A stretch of DNA of 64,000 nucleotides from a virus: positions 6,710 to 70,709 of the IMG/VR virus record IMGVR_UViG_3300030329_002967; one strand, given 5' to 3'. Under the pieces are notes generated by a model. That model had not been told where the DNA came from. It saw only the letters and a list, made by a program, of their open reading frames with translations, and made no database searches. Of the stretch, positions 48,945 to 57,792 are shown one piece after another; within the stretch, counting starts at the first letter, position 1, and each line of letters starts with the position of its first letter. A program made the position numbers and the translations under genes.

Positions 48945-49127
48945 TTAACAATAATCATTATGAGTAAATATATCTTTCCATAGTTTTACAACTTCCTTAT
49001 CACTCATCTTATTATAAACGAAATCTAACAGGAGATCGACTATCTCACCTTCATGCATAGTGCGAGCTTCCCTTTGAGCTAATTCAAAACGCTTATTCTT
49101 TAACTCAATCATCTCTTCTTCTTTCAT
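48945..49127 (-). CDS. hypothetical protein
   Basis: ORF in the early unit. Confidence 0.5.
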   Translation of the reverse strand: MKEEEMIELKNKRFELAQREARTMHEGEIVDLLLDFVYNKMSDKEVVKLWKDIFTHNDYC

Positions 49128-49132
49128 AACTT

Positions 49133-49381
49133 CTAACGATACTTACTGTTAAACTGTAACTCCCAACCCTTCGGGCTAACTCCCGTGACCGCAAACTCCC
49201 TGTCATCCGCACTAAGCGACCTTAGCGCATCTTGAGCTAAAGCCCCTTGGTTGTACCGAAACAACTCCTGCGCTGGAATAGCGACGCTATACTCCTCTCC
49301 CGTAACGACACACGGCCCCGTAAAAGTGTAAACGTGTGGGTCGTAGGACTCTTCGTATTTGCAGTTTTGTAGGTATGCCAT
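49133..49381 (-). CDS. conserved small phage protein
   Basis: G.L.QDA...LSADDREF..TG..P..W motif. Confidence 0.7.
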   Translation of the reverse strand: MAYLQNCKYEESYDPHVYTFTGPCVVTGEEYSVAIPAQELFRYNQGALAQDALRSLSADDREFAVTGVSPKGWELQFNSKYR

Positions 49382-49583
49382 AATTATTCGTAGCTGTAAG
49401 GGATGCTGTCATCTGAATAAACTTCAGATAGTTGTTTTGCGATTAGTGCGACCCTCTCGGTTTCATTCGCATCATCATTCAATATCTCCCATAGCTCTCG
49501 TGGATCTGACTCCCCGAAAACTTCCCGTGGGTCTTGTTGTATCAATTCTTTATTTTTCATCATGCCTTACTATAACACAGGAA

Positions 49584-49850
49584 TTATTCTTTGTCAATTA
49601 AAATATATAACTTTTTTAATAACCTTCTGTACCGAGCATCCAGTACTATAACTACCCCTAAGATAAGAATGTTCAGCACCTTGATAGGCAGGAGTTCCAT
49701 GCCTTTTTCGGAATCAACTAAATACAGCATAACCCACGCAAATGTGCCTACCAGCACTGCCCATAGCAATAACTCCTTTATTCTATACAGTCTGCAAAGC
49801 CTACTATGTAGGCGAGTAGACTCGCTAAATTGGTATTCGGTTTTCTTCAT
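49584..49850 (-). CDS. two-TM membrane protein
   Basis: Two hydrophobic helices. Confidence 0.55.
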   Translation of the reverse strand: MKKTEYQFSESTRLHSRLCRLYRIKELLLWAVLVGTFAWVMLYLVDSEKGMELLPIKVLNILILGVVIVLDARYRRLLKKLYILIDKE

Positions 49851-50254
49851 CTCTTCGATCTGCTGGTGTAATATTCGTTAAGCTCCTTCTGGGTTTCGGT
49901 AAATGAATCCCATGACTTACTCAGGTGGGCTGAGGTAACTCGCTCGTTATGCTCATCTTCACCTGCGTAGAGCGGGATGGCGCAAGTCTTCCCGTCTTCG
50001 TCACATGGCCTGTAGTTATCCACATGATCCCATAAGTCTACGTTTGGTATCCACCAAAGGTTAGTCTTTCGGGTCTGCTCTAGGTAGGCATCTGAGCCAG
50101 TCTTGGTGTCCTTAGAGTCGAAGCCTAAGCCGTAAATTCTTGCCAGCCTTCCCATAGCCTCAAATGGGTTTCGGCCAGTGCAGTAGCCCATACAACTCGT
50201 AGCGAAGTACGTGCCTTTCTGGGATGTTAAATATAAGTCTAAGTTTTTCATCAT
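49847..50254 (-). CDS. early hypothetical protein
   Basis: ATGATG start behind a promoter. Confidence 0.65.
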   Translation of the reverse strand: MMKNLDLYLTSQKGTYFATSCMGYCTGRNPFEAMGRLARIYGLGFDSKDTKTGSDAYLEQTRKTNLWWIPNVDLWDHVDNYRPCDEDGKTCAIPLYAGEDEHNERVTSAHLSKSWDSFTETQKELNEYYTSRSKR

Positions 50255-50304
50255 GCTATTACTATATCACAGGTTAAATCCTTTGTCAAGTTATTTATGT
50301 AAGT

Positions 50305-50562
50305 TTATATTACGTGGCCCTCATAGAGATAAAGATCGTCTGGGAAATCACCTCCGCACGTTACCCATGTAATCCCGGTAACCCTGTAATCGTACTGTTC
50401 GCACTCACCGAATACGTCATAGTCCTCATACCAAGGTGCAGGGTATTCGCCTCCTACCTCTGGCTTCAGTTCGGCTACAATCCCTGAGAACTCTTCGCCC
50501 TTCCATATGAAGCGTATTCGCTGGCCTACGCTTACTGCTGTACTGCACTGTTGTTTCATCAT
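50305..50562 (-). CDS. early hypothetical protein
   Basis: ATGATG start behind a promoter. Confidence 0.65.
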   Translation of the reverse strand: MMKQQCSTAVSVGQRIRFIWKGEEFSGIVAELKPEVGGEYPAPWYEDYDVFGECEQYDYRVTGITWVTCGGDFPDDLYLYEGHVI

Positions 50563-50605
50563 ATTATACTATAACACAGGTCAAAACCTTTGTCAAGTTA
50601 TTTAT

Positions 50606-50668
50606 TTATTTTTTATTGAGTTCGTCATAAATCAAAATCGCCAGTAAAAGAAGGGCTAATATTGTCAT
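50606..50668 (-). CDS. 20-aa hydrophobic peptide, copy 2
   Basis: MTILALLLLAILIYDELNKK; own promoter at 50674-50701. Confidence 0.75.
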   Translation of the reverse strand: MTILALLLLAILIYDELNKK

Positions 50669-50746
50669 GCCCTAATATAGCACATAAAAAACCTTTGTCA
50701 AGTAAATTATATATTTAATTTTTTTAATTTTTATACGATATTTTGC

Positions 50747-50775
50747 TTGACAAAGGACATAACCTGTGTTATACT
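50747..50775 (+). promoter_or_regulatory. divergent plus-strand promoter with no downstream ORF
   Basis: TTGACA-17-TATACT; near-identical to 43718-43746. Confidence 0.75.
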
Positions 50776-51238
50776 ATACACGGAACCTTGATGCACTAAC
50801 GGTAATATGCGATTGGTGAAACTTCGTCCTTAAATGGCCTTATACTATTCGACGGAGCCTGAAAAACCGTGGGTGCGGTGAATCTTACCCATTCGGCGTA
50901 CCCAAAAAACCCTGAGGCGCACTATTCGGCGTAGAAAAAACCACCGATAGGCCGCATAAACCTCCATATCCCTTTTTTATAATCCAACAACTCTATCAAG
51001 CTAAGCCCCATCAAGCTCAAAAAAGTGCCTCAAAAAAATGTGTGCCGTCCCTAGCTTTGCCAAATTTTCGAGATTATTTTAAAAATTAAAAATTAAATAT
51101 TATATAAAAGTTAATGTAAATGTGAACATGAATGTGTGTATACAGATAGGGATAAGGATAGGAATAGATCTATAGATAAGTATAGGTCTTAATTGTTCTA
51201 TTCTATTATAGAGATAACGTGGCGCAACGGGTTGAGTC

Positions 51239-51448
51239 TTAAGATTGCTCTGCCGCTTCCTCCATCTCTTGAGCTAAGTCTTCGTCCACCGCACTCCAGT
51301 CAAAGTTATCTGCAACTTCAGAACTCTTACTATCCCAATCAGCCTGTGACACTGGCGCACCTATATCATCCCTCGTCCACACCTTACCTATTATATGCTC
51401 GTCAGGCTCAAGATCAGATAAGCTATCTATAAATTCATCAACAGTCAT
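51239..51448 (-). CDS. small acidic protein
   Basis: D/E-rich ORF. Confidence 0.55.
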   Translation of the reverse strand: MTVDEFIDSLSDLEPDEHIIGKVWTRDDIGAPVSQADWDSKSSEVADNFDWSAVDEDLAQEMEEAAEQS

Positions 51449-51584
51449 CTTTATCTAAATTCAAATATACAGAAAGGCTGTACCTCAGTGCAAAAACTGC
51501 TAAGGACAACCATAACCCAGTACATATAAATGTAATAAGCATGAGCAGACCCTAGCCCACTATTGAACGTCGTGCAAATACGCT

Positions 51585-53060
51585 TTAAGCGATAAGTAAA
51601 ACGTCCCGCTTAACCAGCATCTCCCACGCTATAGACACTGCATCAACTTGGTCATCATGCCTAGCCTCAGGAAACAACTCAAGCTCATTAAGAAAATCCT
51701 TATTCCAATCCCCTCTCACCACACAAACCTTACCAGCCTCTATTAAGTTCAACCAAGGTTGCGCTCTCAGAAGCTTACCTCCCCTTGGAGGGTTCTTCTT
51801 CACCACACTAACCTGTCCAAGCAACTCCTGTTTAACATCAGAGTACACAGCATCAAATCCTGACACACCCTCAACGCCTATACGGAAAACACGGTCATTG
51901 TCTCTATCGATTAAACTCTGGGTAATAATCATATTACGCATCTGCGCCCACGCTTTTTGACCCCTCCTAGAATTAATAATATAAAACCTACCATTCTTAT
52001 CCCTAGCGCAAAGGACACCAGCGGTAAAGTCTGCTTGCTGTCCCTCAGTAATAGCCAAGTCCCATCCTCTAACCCACTCCACATCTCTAGGAACTTCATC
52101 CTTTGTTATAAAAACTAAATTAGATATATCGCATTGCTCGCCGCTAGCGGTCTGAGGTCTACCCATATACTGAGACTCCCACTCATAAGAAGGCATCATA
52201 GCCTTCACACCTTCAAGAAATTTTAAAGGCCGTTGCTCAGGGAATAAAGCCTCTCCCGGTTCCCGTCCAAGTACATCCCCCTCTTCTGCAATAGCCGCCA
52301 AGTTTGTCTGCTGAAATAACAACTCCTCATGCCCAGCATCAATAAGCTTCCTCTGTCCTTCCTCAGAAATTAACCCCCCAATAAGATCGTCAGGATGCCA
52401 CCTCGTAGCTATAATGAATATCTTTCCATCGGCACTCATACGAGTAAGGCAGTCAGCATGAAACCACTGATTAATTTTTCTTCTCTGCGAAGGAGACTCT
52501 GCCTCCGCTCTTCCAGAATGCGGATCATCAATTATCAGCCAATCGACCCTCCTACCAGTAAGCTTTGAACCAGCCGACCTAGCTTGAATATTAGAATTAT
52601 TAGTAAACAATACATCCCCTGCCCTATCTCGACCCTTAACAGGTCTTATGTCTGGAAAAATCAACTGATATCTAGGACTCTCCATAACCCTCCTAGCCTC
52701 GTCAATAAACTCTGTAAGCAAAGAATGAGAAAACCCTGTAAGCGCAATATTAATTCCCGGCTCTGCCCCAATAAGCCATGCGGCTACCCTAACAGAAAGC
52801 ATCCTACTCTTTCCATGCTGAGGAGGAACCGAAACGACCTGATACTTACCTATCTTACCCTCCCAGCACTTCTGAGCTACGTCAGCCAGATAAGTATGCA
52901 AAGCCCCTAAAGAATAAACCTGACCCTCTACCTGAGGCCACATAAAATGAAGGAACGAAAGTAAGTCTTTCCTAGATGCCCCCACAAGTACTTCAAGAAC
53001 AGCCTCATGCTCGTCTTTAGAAAAGTTAGAAGTTGATTCCTTAGTGTTTGTCTTCGCCAT
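51585..53060 (-). CDS. terL: terminase large subunit
   Basis: VPPQHGKS Walker A, LTGRR.D.LIIDDP Walker B, TRWH.DDL.G, RGWDLA, D.T.G, FP...HDDQVDA. Confidence 0.95.
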   Translation of the reverse strand: MAKTNTKESTSNFSKDEHEAVLEVLVGASRKDLLSFLHFMWPQVEGQVYSLGALHTYLADVAQKCWEGKIGKYQVVSVPPQHGKSRMLSVRVAAWLIGAEPGINIALTGFSHSLLTEFIDEARRVMESPRYQLIFPDIRPVKGRDRAGDVLFTNNSNIQARSAGSKLTGRRVDWLIIDDPHSGRAEAESPSQRRKINQWFHADCLTRMSADGKIFIIATRWHPDDLIGGLISEEGQRKLIDAGHEELLFQQTNLAAIAEEGDVLGREPGEALFPEQRPLKFLEGVKAMMPSYEWESQYMGRPQTASGEQCDISNLVFITKDEVPRDVEWVRGWDLAITEGQQADFTAGVLCARDKNGRFYIINSRRGQKAWAQMRNMIITQSLIDRDNDRVFRIGVEGVSGFDAVYSDVKQELLGQVSVVKKNPPRGGKLLRAQPWLNLIEAGKVCVVRGDWNKDFLNELELFPEARHDDQVDAVSIAWEMLVKRDVLLIA

Positions 53061-53352
53061 TATAAAATTTAGACATCAACTTATCCATATCAGCTTCTAA
53101 CATTCCTATCTTCAAGTCCTGCCTAACGTCGGAAGGGAGGCTTCCGCTTCCCCACTTCCCTGCGGGCCAATCAGAGACAAAGATTGCGTGTTTATCTACA
53201 TCCTTCGCCATCATTTGAATTTGAAAGTCATTGTGTTGCACTTGCGACTGTAATTTTGAAGCCCACCATACTATTCCACCTGCTTGAACAGCTAAACCAA
53301 CGCATAGAGAAATTAAATATTTACTGTCCACTCTCCTCCTCCTCTGGAACAT
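53041..53352 (-). CDS. single-TM hypothetical protein between the terminase genes
   Basis: Hydrophobic helix Q.GGIVWWAS; overlaps both neighbours. Confidence 0.55.
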   Translation of the reverse strand: MFQRRRRVDSKYLISLCVGLAVQAGGIVWWASKLQSQVQHNDFQIQMMAKDVDKHAIFVSDWPAGKWGSGSLPSDVRQDLKIGMLEADMDKLMSKFYNGEDKH

Positions 53353-53884
53353 CTATCACCGTAGTCCTATCATTGACATTCTTATCTGGCAACAAAGAAG
53401 GGTTACGGGTTATAATAGCCTTCAATGCCTCCATCTTTTCTGTATCAGTCAATGTAGCCTCACTAACACCAGCTACTATAAGAGGTGTACCATCACTCCC
53501 TACTTGAACAGTGTCCCTACGAGCATAATCATTAGGTCTACGCCTCTCCAACCACCAAGCCGCCGCTTGCCAATTACCCTTTCCTGCGGCCTTTTGGATG
53601 CACATCACATTCCTATGCTCTGCCTGAGTGGTAGCATCCTCAACCATCTCATAAAATTCTCTAGCTACAGTTCCCTCAGGTGCGGAGTTCCCCTGTTTCA
53701 TCCATCTATAAAAAGATGAAGGGCTAATCCTAGCCACCCTACAAGCCGCCGAATAAGTATTACCAGCGATTAGCGCACCCTTTATTTTCTCGCATACATT
53801 AGGGTCAGTCCTAAGATCTGTCCTACCAGTATCAAGAACTTCCTCCCCAGACGCACTAATTCTTTTACCTTTACCTTTACTCAT
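53321..53884 (-). CDS. terS: terminase small subunit
   Basis: HTH (G.....AC....IS...FY.W...G) and WQAAAWWLERR.P; upstream of terL. Confidence 0.8.
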   Translation of the reverse strand: MSKGKGKRISASGEEVLDTGRTDLRTDPNVCEKIKGALIAGNTYSAACRVARISPSSFYRWMKQGNSAPEGTVAREFYEMVEDATTQAEHRNVMCIQKAAGKGNWQAAAWWLERRRPNDYARRDTVQVGSDGTPLIVAGVSEATLTDTEKMEALKAIITRNPSLLPDKNVNDRTTVIDVPEEEESGQ

Positions 53885-54504
53885 TGCTCATTAAGTTCCT
53901 CTATATCCTCTCCCAAGTCAAGTAACGACTCCTTAGCAAATATATTAACCTCAAGACAATGAGGGCAAATAGTCTCTATATGCTTAGACTCAGCCTCTCC
54001 TCTATACGGCTCAGAATAAGGATCTGCCAACTCACCCTCACCATCATCTAAAGAAACCTCTATACCAGCACTATCTAAAATATCTTGCCACTCCCCCTGA
54101 GAGAAGAACGCAGACATACTTAAAGGATCTTCAGTTACTATATCCTTAAGCTCTTCTTGTAATATTTCATCATCCCAATAACTAAACTCGCCAACCTTAT
54201 TATCAGCAATGCGGAATCTCCTAGCCTTTTCCTCAGGTAAATCAAGACGCACCACGCCTACCTCCTTAACTTCTAACCGCATCAACGCCTTATACCTCGT
54301 ATGCCCAGCAATAATTACTCCCTCTTTATCAACAATTATTGGTACATTATAGCCATACTTAGAAATAGACTCAGTTACATCCGTAACCGCTTCCTCATTT
54401 TTTCTAGGATTCCTCCAATAAGGAACTATTGAGTCAATACTAACCTTTTCAATATTTACAGAATGTTTATTCTCAGTCTTCATAATATTCCAAATTCTAC
54501 TCAC
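53881..54504 (-). CDS. ParB/Srx-like N-terminal-domain protein with C-terminal CxxC
   Basis: PY.RNPR.N, SI..YG...PI.VD, IIAGHTR, RIADNK..E...WD; CPHC. Confidence 0.88.
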   Translation of the reverse strand: MSRIWNIMKTENKHSVNIEKVSIDSIVPYWRNPRKNEEAVTDVTESISKYGYNVPIIVDKEGVIIAGHTRYKALMRLEVKEVGVVRLDLPEEKARRFRIADNKVGEFSYWDDEILQEELKDIVTEDPLSMSAFFSQGEWQDILDSAGIEVSLDDGEGELADPYSEPYRGEAESKHIETICPHCLEVNIFAKESLLDLGEDIEELNEQ

Positions 54505-55121
54505 TTCACCAATCTCTTATCTATATGATAAGGCTCCTTACAATGCTCACACTTAACCTCAAAGGTCATATCCTGCGCCCTTTCATCCAAATCCTCATAT
54601 TTTTTATCAAGAGCTTCCTGAGTCGCTTCAATCTTTTCTTTAGTAGGGGAATTAACTGAAGTACCTGCCTCATCCAATGACCCTAACAGTAATTCCAACT
54701 CGCCACTCTTAAAGAAAACATCCATAGCGCCATCTCCTTCTACCGCCCTTATCTCAGGCACAAGTAACTCTTTATCCCAAGATGCCACCTCAGATACCTT
54801 ATTGTCGGCAATCCTAAATTCCTTAGCCTGTGCCTCCGATAAATGGCTTGCGACCATAACACTAACTTTAGGCACTTTCATATCCTGTAATGCTTTATAC
54901 CTCGTATGCCCAGTAACTATTACCATGTCAGAGTCAACGACTATAGGGACAGCATAACCGAACTCCTTAATTGACTCTTTAACCGCATCAACAGCGTCAG
55001 CAGGGATCTTACGAGGGTTCTTACCGTAAGGTTTTATATCACCTATATCAACTTCCTTAATATCTCCACTATTAATTATCTTATCTAACTCAGACTGTAA
55101 TTGGTTCTTCTGGATGCTCAT
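54501..55121 (-). CDS. second ParB/Srx-like protein with C-terminal CxxC
   Basis: PY.KNPR, SIKEFG...PIVVD, GHTR, RIADNK; CEHC. Confidence 0.88.
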   Translation of the reverse strand: MSIQKNQLQSELDKIINSGDIKEVDIGDIKPYGKNPRKIPADAVDAVKESIKEFGYAVPIVVDSDMVIVTGHTRYKALQDMKVPKVSVMVASHLSEAQAKEFRIADNKVSEVASWDKELLVPEIRAVEGDGAMDVFFKSGELELLLGSLDEAGTSVNSPTKEKIEATQEALDKKYEDLDERAQDMTFEVKCEHCKEPYHIDKRLVK

Positions 55122-55770
55122 CTTTATATTCCTTTTTAAATTTAAGTTGCTGTTTCATTTCCCAAGACTTTCGATAATTGACATTCTCAAACAGCTTAGA
55201 GAATCCAGTAACGTGCTTAAGCCTCACTAGTTCATCGGCACTCATACCCAACTCAGAGCATATAGCCTCGTCCGTCCACCCATTATCAAGCATCTCGAAA
55301 ACCATATTACCCATACCACTAACCGAGTGCTTACCTCTAGCCCTATTATGCCTAACAGTAGAAGCCATCCTATCATTAATATCCTTATCAATAACAACGA
55401 CGGGAAGCATCCCGTCAGTAGTTTCCATTATATCCTTATTCCTTCTCATGGTAGAATACCTATGAAACCCATCGACTATCACATACTTACCCCTATCAGC
55501 ATCATATATAGTAACAACTGGCTGAGTATATCCATCATGGCTAATAGATGTATACAATAACTGCATCTCAGTATCAGCTACAGCATTAGGATTATAATCA
55601 TTAGCCTCAACATCAGTAATCGGAACCCAAGTTACATTACCAACCGGGTGAATCGCATCTACCATCTTATGTATAAGAAGTGAATACTTATTAGCGAGAG
55701 CTAATTTATCTTTAATACCCTCGCACTCAGTAAATTCTTTAATTAATTCAGATTCTATACTCATAAACAC
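55090..55770 (-). CDS. IbrB-like ParB domain + HTH protein
   Basis: HPV..V.WV, ANDYNPN.VA, DGYTQP.V, IVDGFHR, RMAST.RHNRARGKH, GW.D..I..ELGM. Confidence 0.88.
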   Translation of the reverse strand: MFMSIESELIKEFTECEGIKDKLALANKYSLLIHKMVDAIHPVGNVTWVPITDVEANDYNPNAVADTEMQLLYTSISHDGYTQPVVTIYDADRGKYVIVDGFHRYSTMRRNKDIMETTDGMLPVVVIDKDINDRMASTVRHNRARGKHSVSGMGNMVFEMLDNGWTDEAICSELGMSADELVRLKHVTGFSKLFENVNYRKSWEMKQQLKFKKEYKDEHPEEPITV

Positions 55771-56006
55771 TAAACTTCTTTTGGATGCATCATTATAAAT
55801 CCTTTACCATTACACTTAACTCCCAGCACATTATAATCTATCCACTCAACTGCTTCTTCATGGCCCATACCTTGACTCATAAACACACTTACCATCTTTT
55901 TATAATCATATACTAATAAGCCACAATCAGATGAGCCTACGATTGCATCGTCTAACCCATCTAATATTAATGCTCCGTCTTCAAGATTATCTATTTCTAC
56001 ACTCAT
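55770..56006 (-). CDS. conserved small phage protein
   Basis: DG.DDAI.G, VYD..K, GM..EEA.EW..YN..G. Confidence 0.75.
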   Translation of the reverse strand: MSVEIDNLEDGALILDGLDDAIVGSSDCGLLVYDYKKMVSVFMSQGMGHEEAVEWIDYNVLGVKCNGKGFIMMHPKEV

Positions 56007-57154
56007 GGCTCGATTGTCTCCTTCTTTTCAGATTCAGCTAACTCCATTCTTAATTTTCTATTAGATTTTACAACCGCATAATTCTCAGGGGCGGCTAAGA
56101 AGTTAGAAACTTTAACACCTTCATGGTCGTTACATAAAATAGACATAACTTGAGCCTTGTATACTCCCCTATTGTCAAGAAATCCAGCCATATCTCTCTC
56201 CATCCTAGAAAACATTCCCTTAAACTTAGAATTTAACTTGGGTTCAGTAATAAGCTTCTCAAGCAAATGATCCCTATAATCTTTCCAATCCCCAAACATA
56301 GGAGGAACATCCTTAGGAAAATAATCTTGGACTCCCATCTTCCCAGCCATGTCTATCCCCTCTATTCTCTTAACCAACCTCTCATAAGTCTGAGGCTCGA
56401 TCTCCTGTAAGACAAACAATGCCCATACAGCAGTCTCATGGTGAACATTACTCACCCTCATCTTAGTGCTTGCTACGCCATACCTATAAAAATGATCGTA
56501 TAATTTACAGTAAGGCCAATCATGGTCGTTTATAGCTTTCCATATATCAGTAGTAGCCCAATCATAAATAGGATAAAACGTCACGTTAGTAGTAGGCTCA
56601 AGAGTCTTTCCCCAAGTCACCCATTTATAACAAAGTGAGTGCGTGAGAGCTACAGTCCTAGAGGGAGACTCCTCGCACCTAACCCCGGCTAAAAAGGCCG
56701 TCTTCTTATTGGGCCACAAGACATTAGGTATCTTCTTAAACAACTGAGAAAATCTATCAGTCCCGAAATTATTTTCAGTAATAGCATAAGACTCCTTAGG
56801 TCTTATCCAAAGATCCTCCTTACCCTCATCCCAGCATTCAAGCCAATGCTCATCTACACTAGTAGCATTAAATAGTTTAAACGGTATCTGCAACCAATAT
56901 GGTTCAACGTCAGGATGCTCCATCATCTGACGAACAGAATCGATAGTCGCTTGCCACTCAGCCTCTTGATCCAAGAACAACACCTTAAGAGGTAATCTAT
57001 TCGCCTCCTTCGCCGCTTCCAAGGCTAACTGAAACGTAACAGTAGAATCCTTACCTCCACTAGTAGACACTACTACATTGTCAAACTCAGAAAAGATCCA
57101 CCTCATACGCCTCCTAGCCGCATCTAAAACATTCTCATTCTTAAAGGTTTTCAT
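56003..57154 (-). CDS. IbrA-like PAPS-reductase/PP-loop protein (DUF3440-associated)
   Basis: NV..AA..R, SGGKDS PP-loop, LDQEAE, GVR.EES..R, YPIYDW...DIW, MRVS, EP.T. Confidence 0.9.
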   Translation of the reverse strand: MKTFKNENVLDAARRRMRWIFSEFDNVVVSTSGGKDSTVTFQLALEAAKEANRLPLKVLFLDQEAEWQATIDSVRQMMEHPDVEPYWLQIPFKLFNATSVDEHWLECWDEGKEDLWIRPKESYAITENNFGTDRFSQLFKKIPNVLWPNKKTAFLAGVRCEESPSRTVALTHSLCYKWVTWGKTLEPTTNVTFYPIYDWATTDIWKAINDHDWPYCKLYDHFYRYGVASTKMRVSNVHHETAVWALFVLQEIEPQTYERLVKRIEGIDMAGKMGVQDYFPKDVPPMFGDWKDYRDHLLEKLITEPKLNSKFKGMFSRMERDMAGFLDNRGVYKAQVMSILCNDHEGVKVSNFLAAPENYAVVKSNRKLRMELAESEKKETIEP

Positions 57155-57792
57155 ATTTTACAAATCTTATCTTTAGAAAAATGCCTTCTTTTAATATTCT
57201 TACTCCAATTCCTAGTAACCCTATAGCCTATATTACCTATCTTTCTAGGATTTCCAGCAACAGAGGACACATTGACATTATGCTGAACAATACTAGGGAG
57301 CGTCACATAAATAGGTAGTCCTTCTGACTTTAGATAATCACGCAACAGTACATCATCGTGCTTAGCCTCATTTGAACGCTGTGCAAATTCCAAAATCTTT
57401 CTAGCTATATCACAAGTAATTACAATGCACTGTTGCCAACAATGATTATAATTCTCTCCCCAATTATACCCTTCAGCCTCTGCCTCAACCATCCCCTTCC
57501 TAGGAGGAGCAAATAAAGATATTACTCTTTTCTCCTCAAGACCTTTCAATATATCTGAAAGGGCATTATCGGCATCCTTATGCCATAAACAATCATCCTG
57601 CATAATTAACCCCGATTCTGATGAATCCTTTATCTTCTCACATATACATAAAAAATTATATAAAGGGCTAATGCATTTAGTATCCTCAACTACCTCAACA
57701 TCCTTAATAAAGGACATCTTTTTAGATTCACCCTTCAGCTTACTTGCCATATCAGCCCTAGACGGGACAGTCTGTATATACATTTTTATCAT
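57151..57792 (-). CDS. GT-A-fold glycosyltransferase (GT25-like)
   Basis: Q..P.R, IMQDD, HDD, PS.VQH motifs. Confidence 0.7.
   Translation of the reverse strand: MIKMYIQTVPSRADMASKLKGESKKMSFIKDVEVVEDTKCISPLYNFLCICEKIKDSSESGLIMQDDCLWHKDADNALSDILKGLEEKRVISLFAPPRKGMVEAEAEGYNWGENYNHCWQQCIVITCDIARKILEFAQRSNEAKHDDVLLRDYLKSEGLPIYVTLPSIVQHNVNVSSVAGNPRKIGNIGYRVTRNWSKNIKRRHFSKDKICKI

Larger units (their letters stand above)
41310..50701 (-). promoter_or_regulatory. array of ~20 near-identical early promoters, consensus TTGACAAAGGTTTTAACCTGTG(T/C/A)TATA(G/A/T)T
   Basis: Copies at 41310-41338, 41995-42023, 42412-42440, 43053-43081, 43294-43322, 43655-43683, 44081-44109, 44387-44415, 44829-44857, 45505-45533, 46132-46160, 46656-46684, 47360-47388, 47989-48017, 48395-48422, 48776-48804, 49569-49597, 50261-50289, 50568-50596, 50674-50701. 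Confidence 0.92.

Noticed and set aside
41310-50701. CRISPR array suggested by a ~35-bp repeat with unique intervening sequence
   Set aside because: Repeats are -35/-10 promoters, intervals are 100-800 bp and contain ORFs, and there are no cas genes
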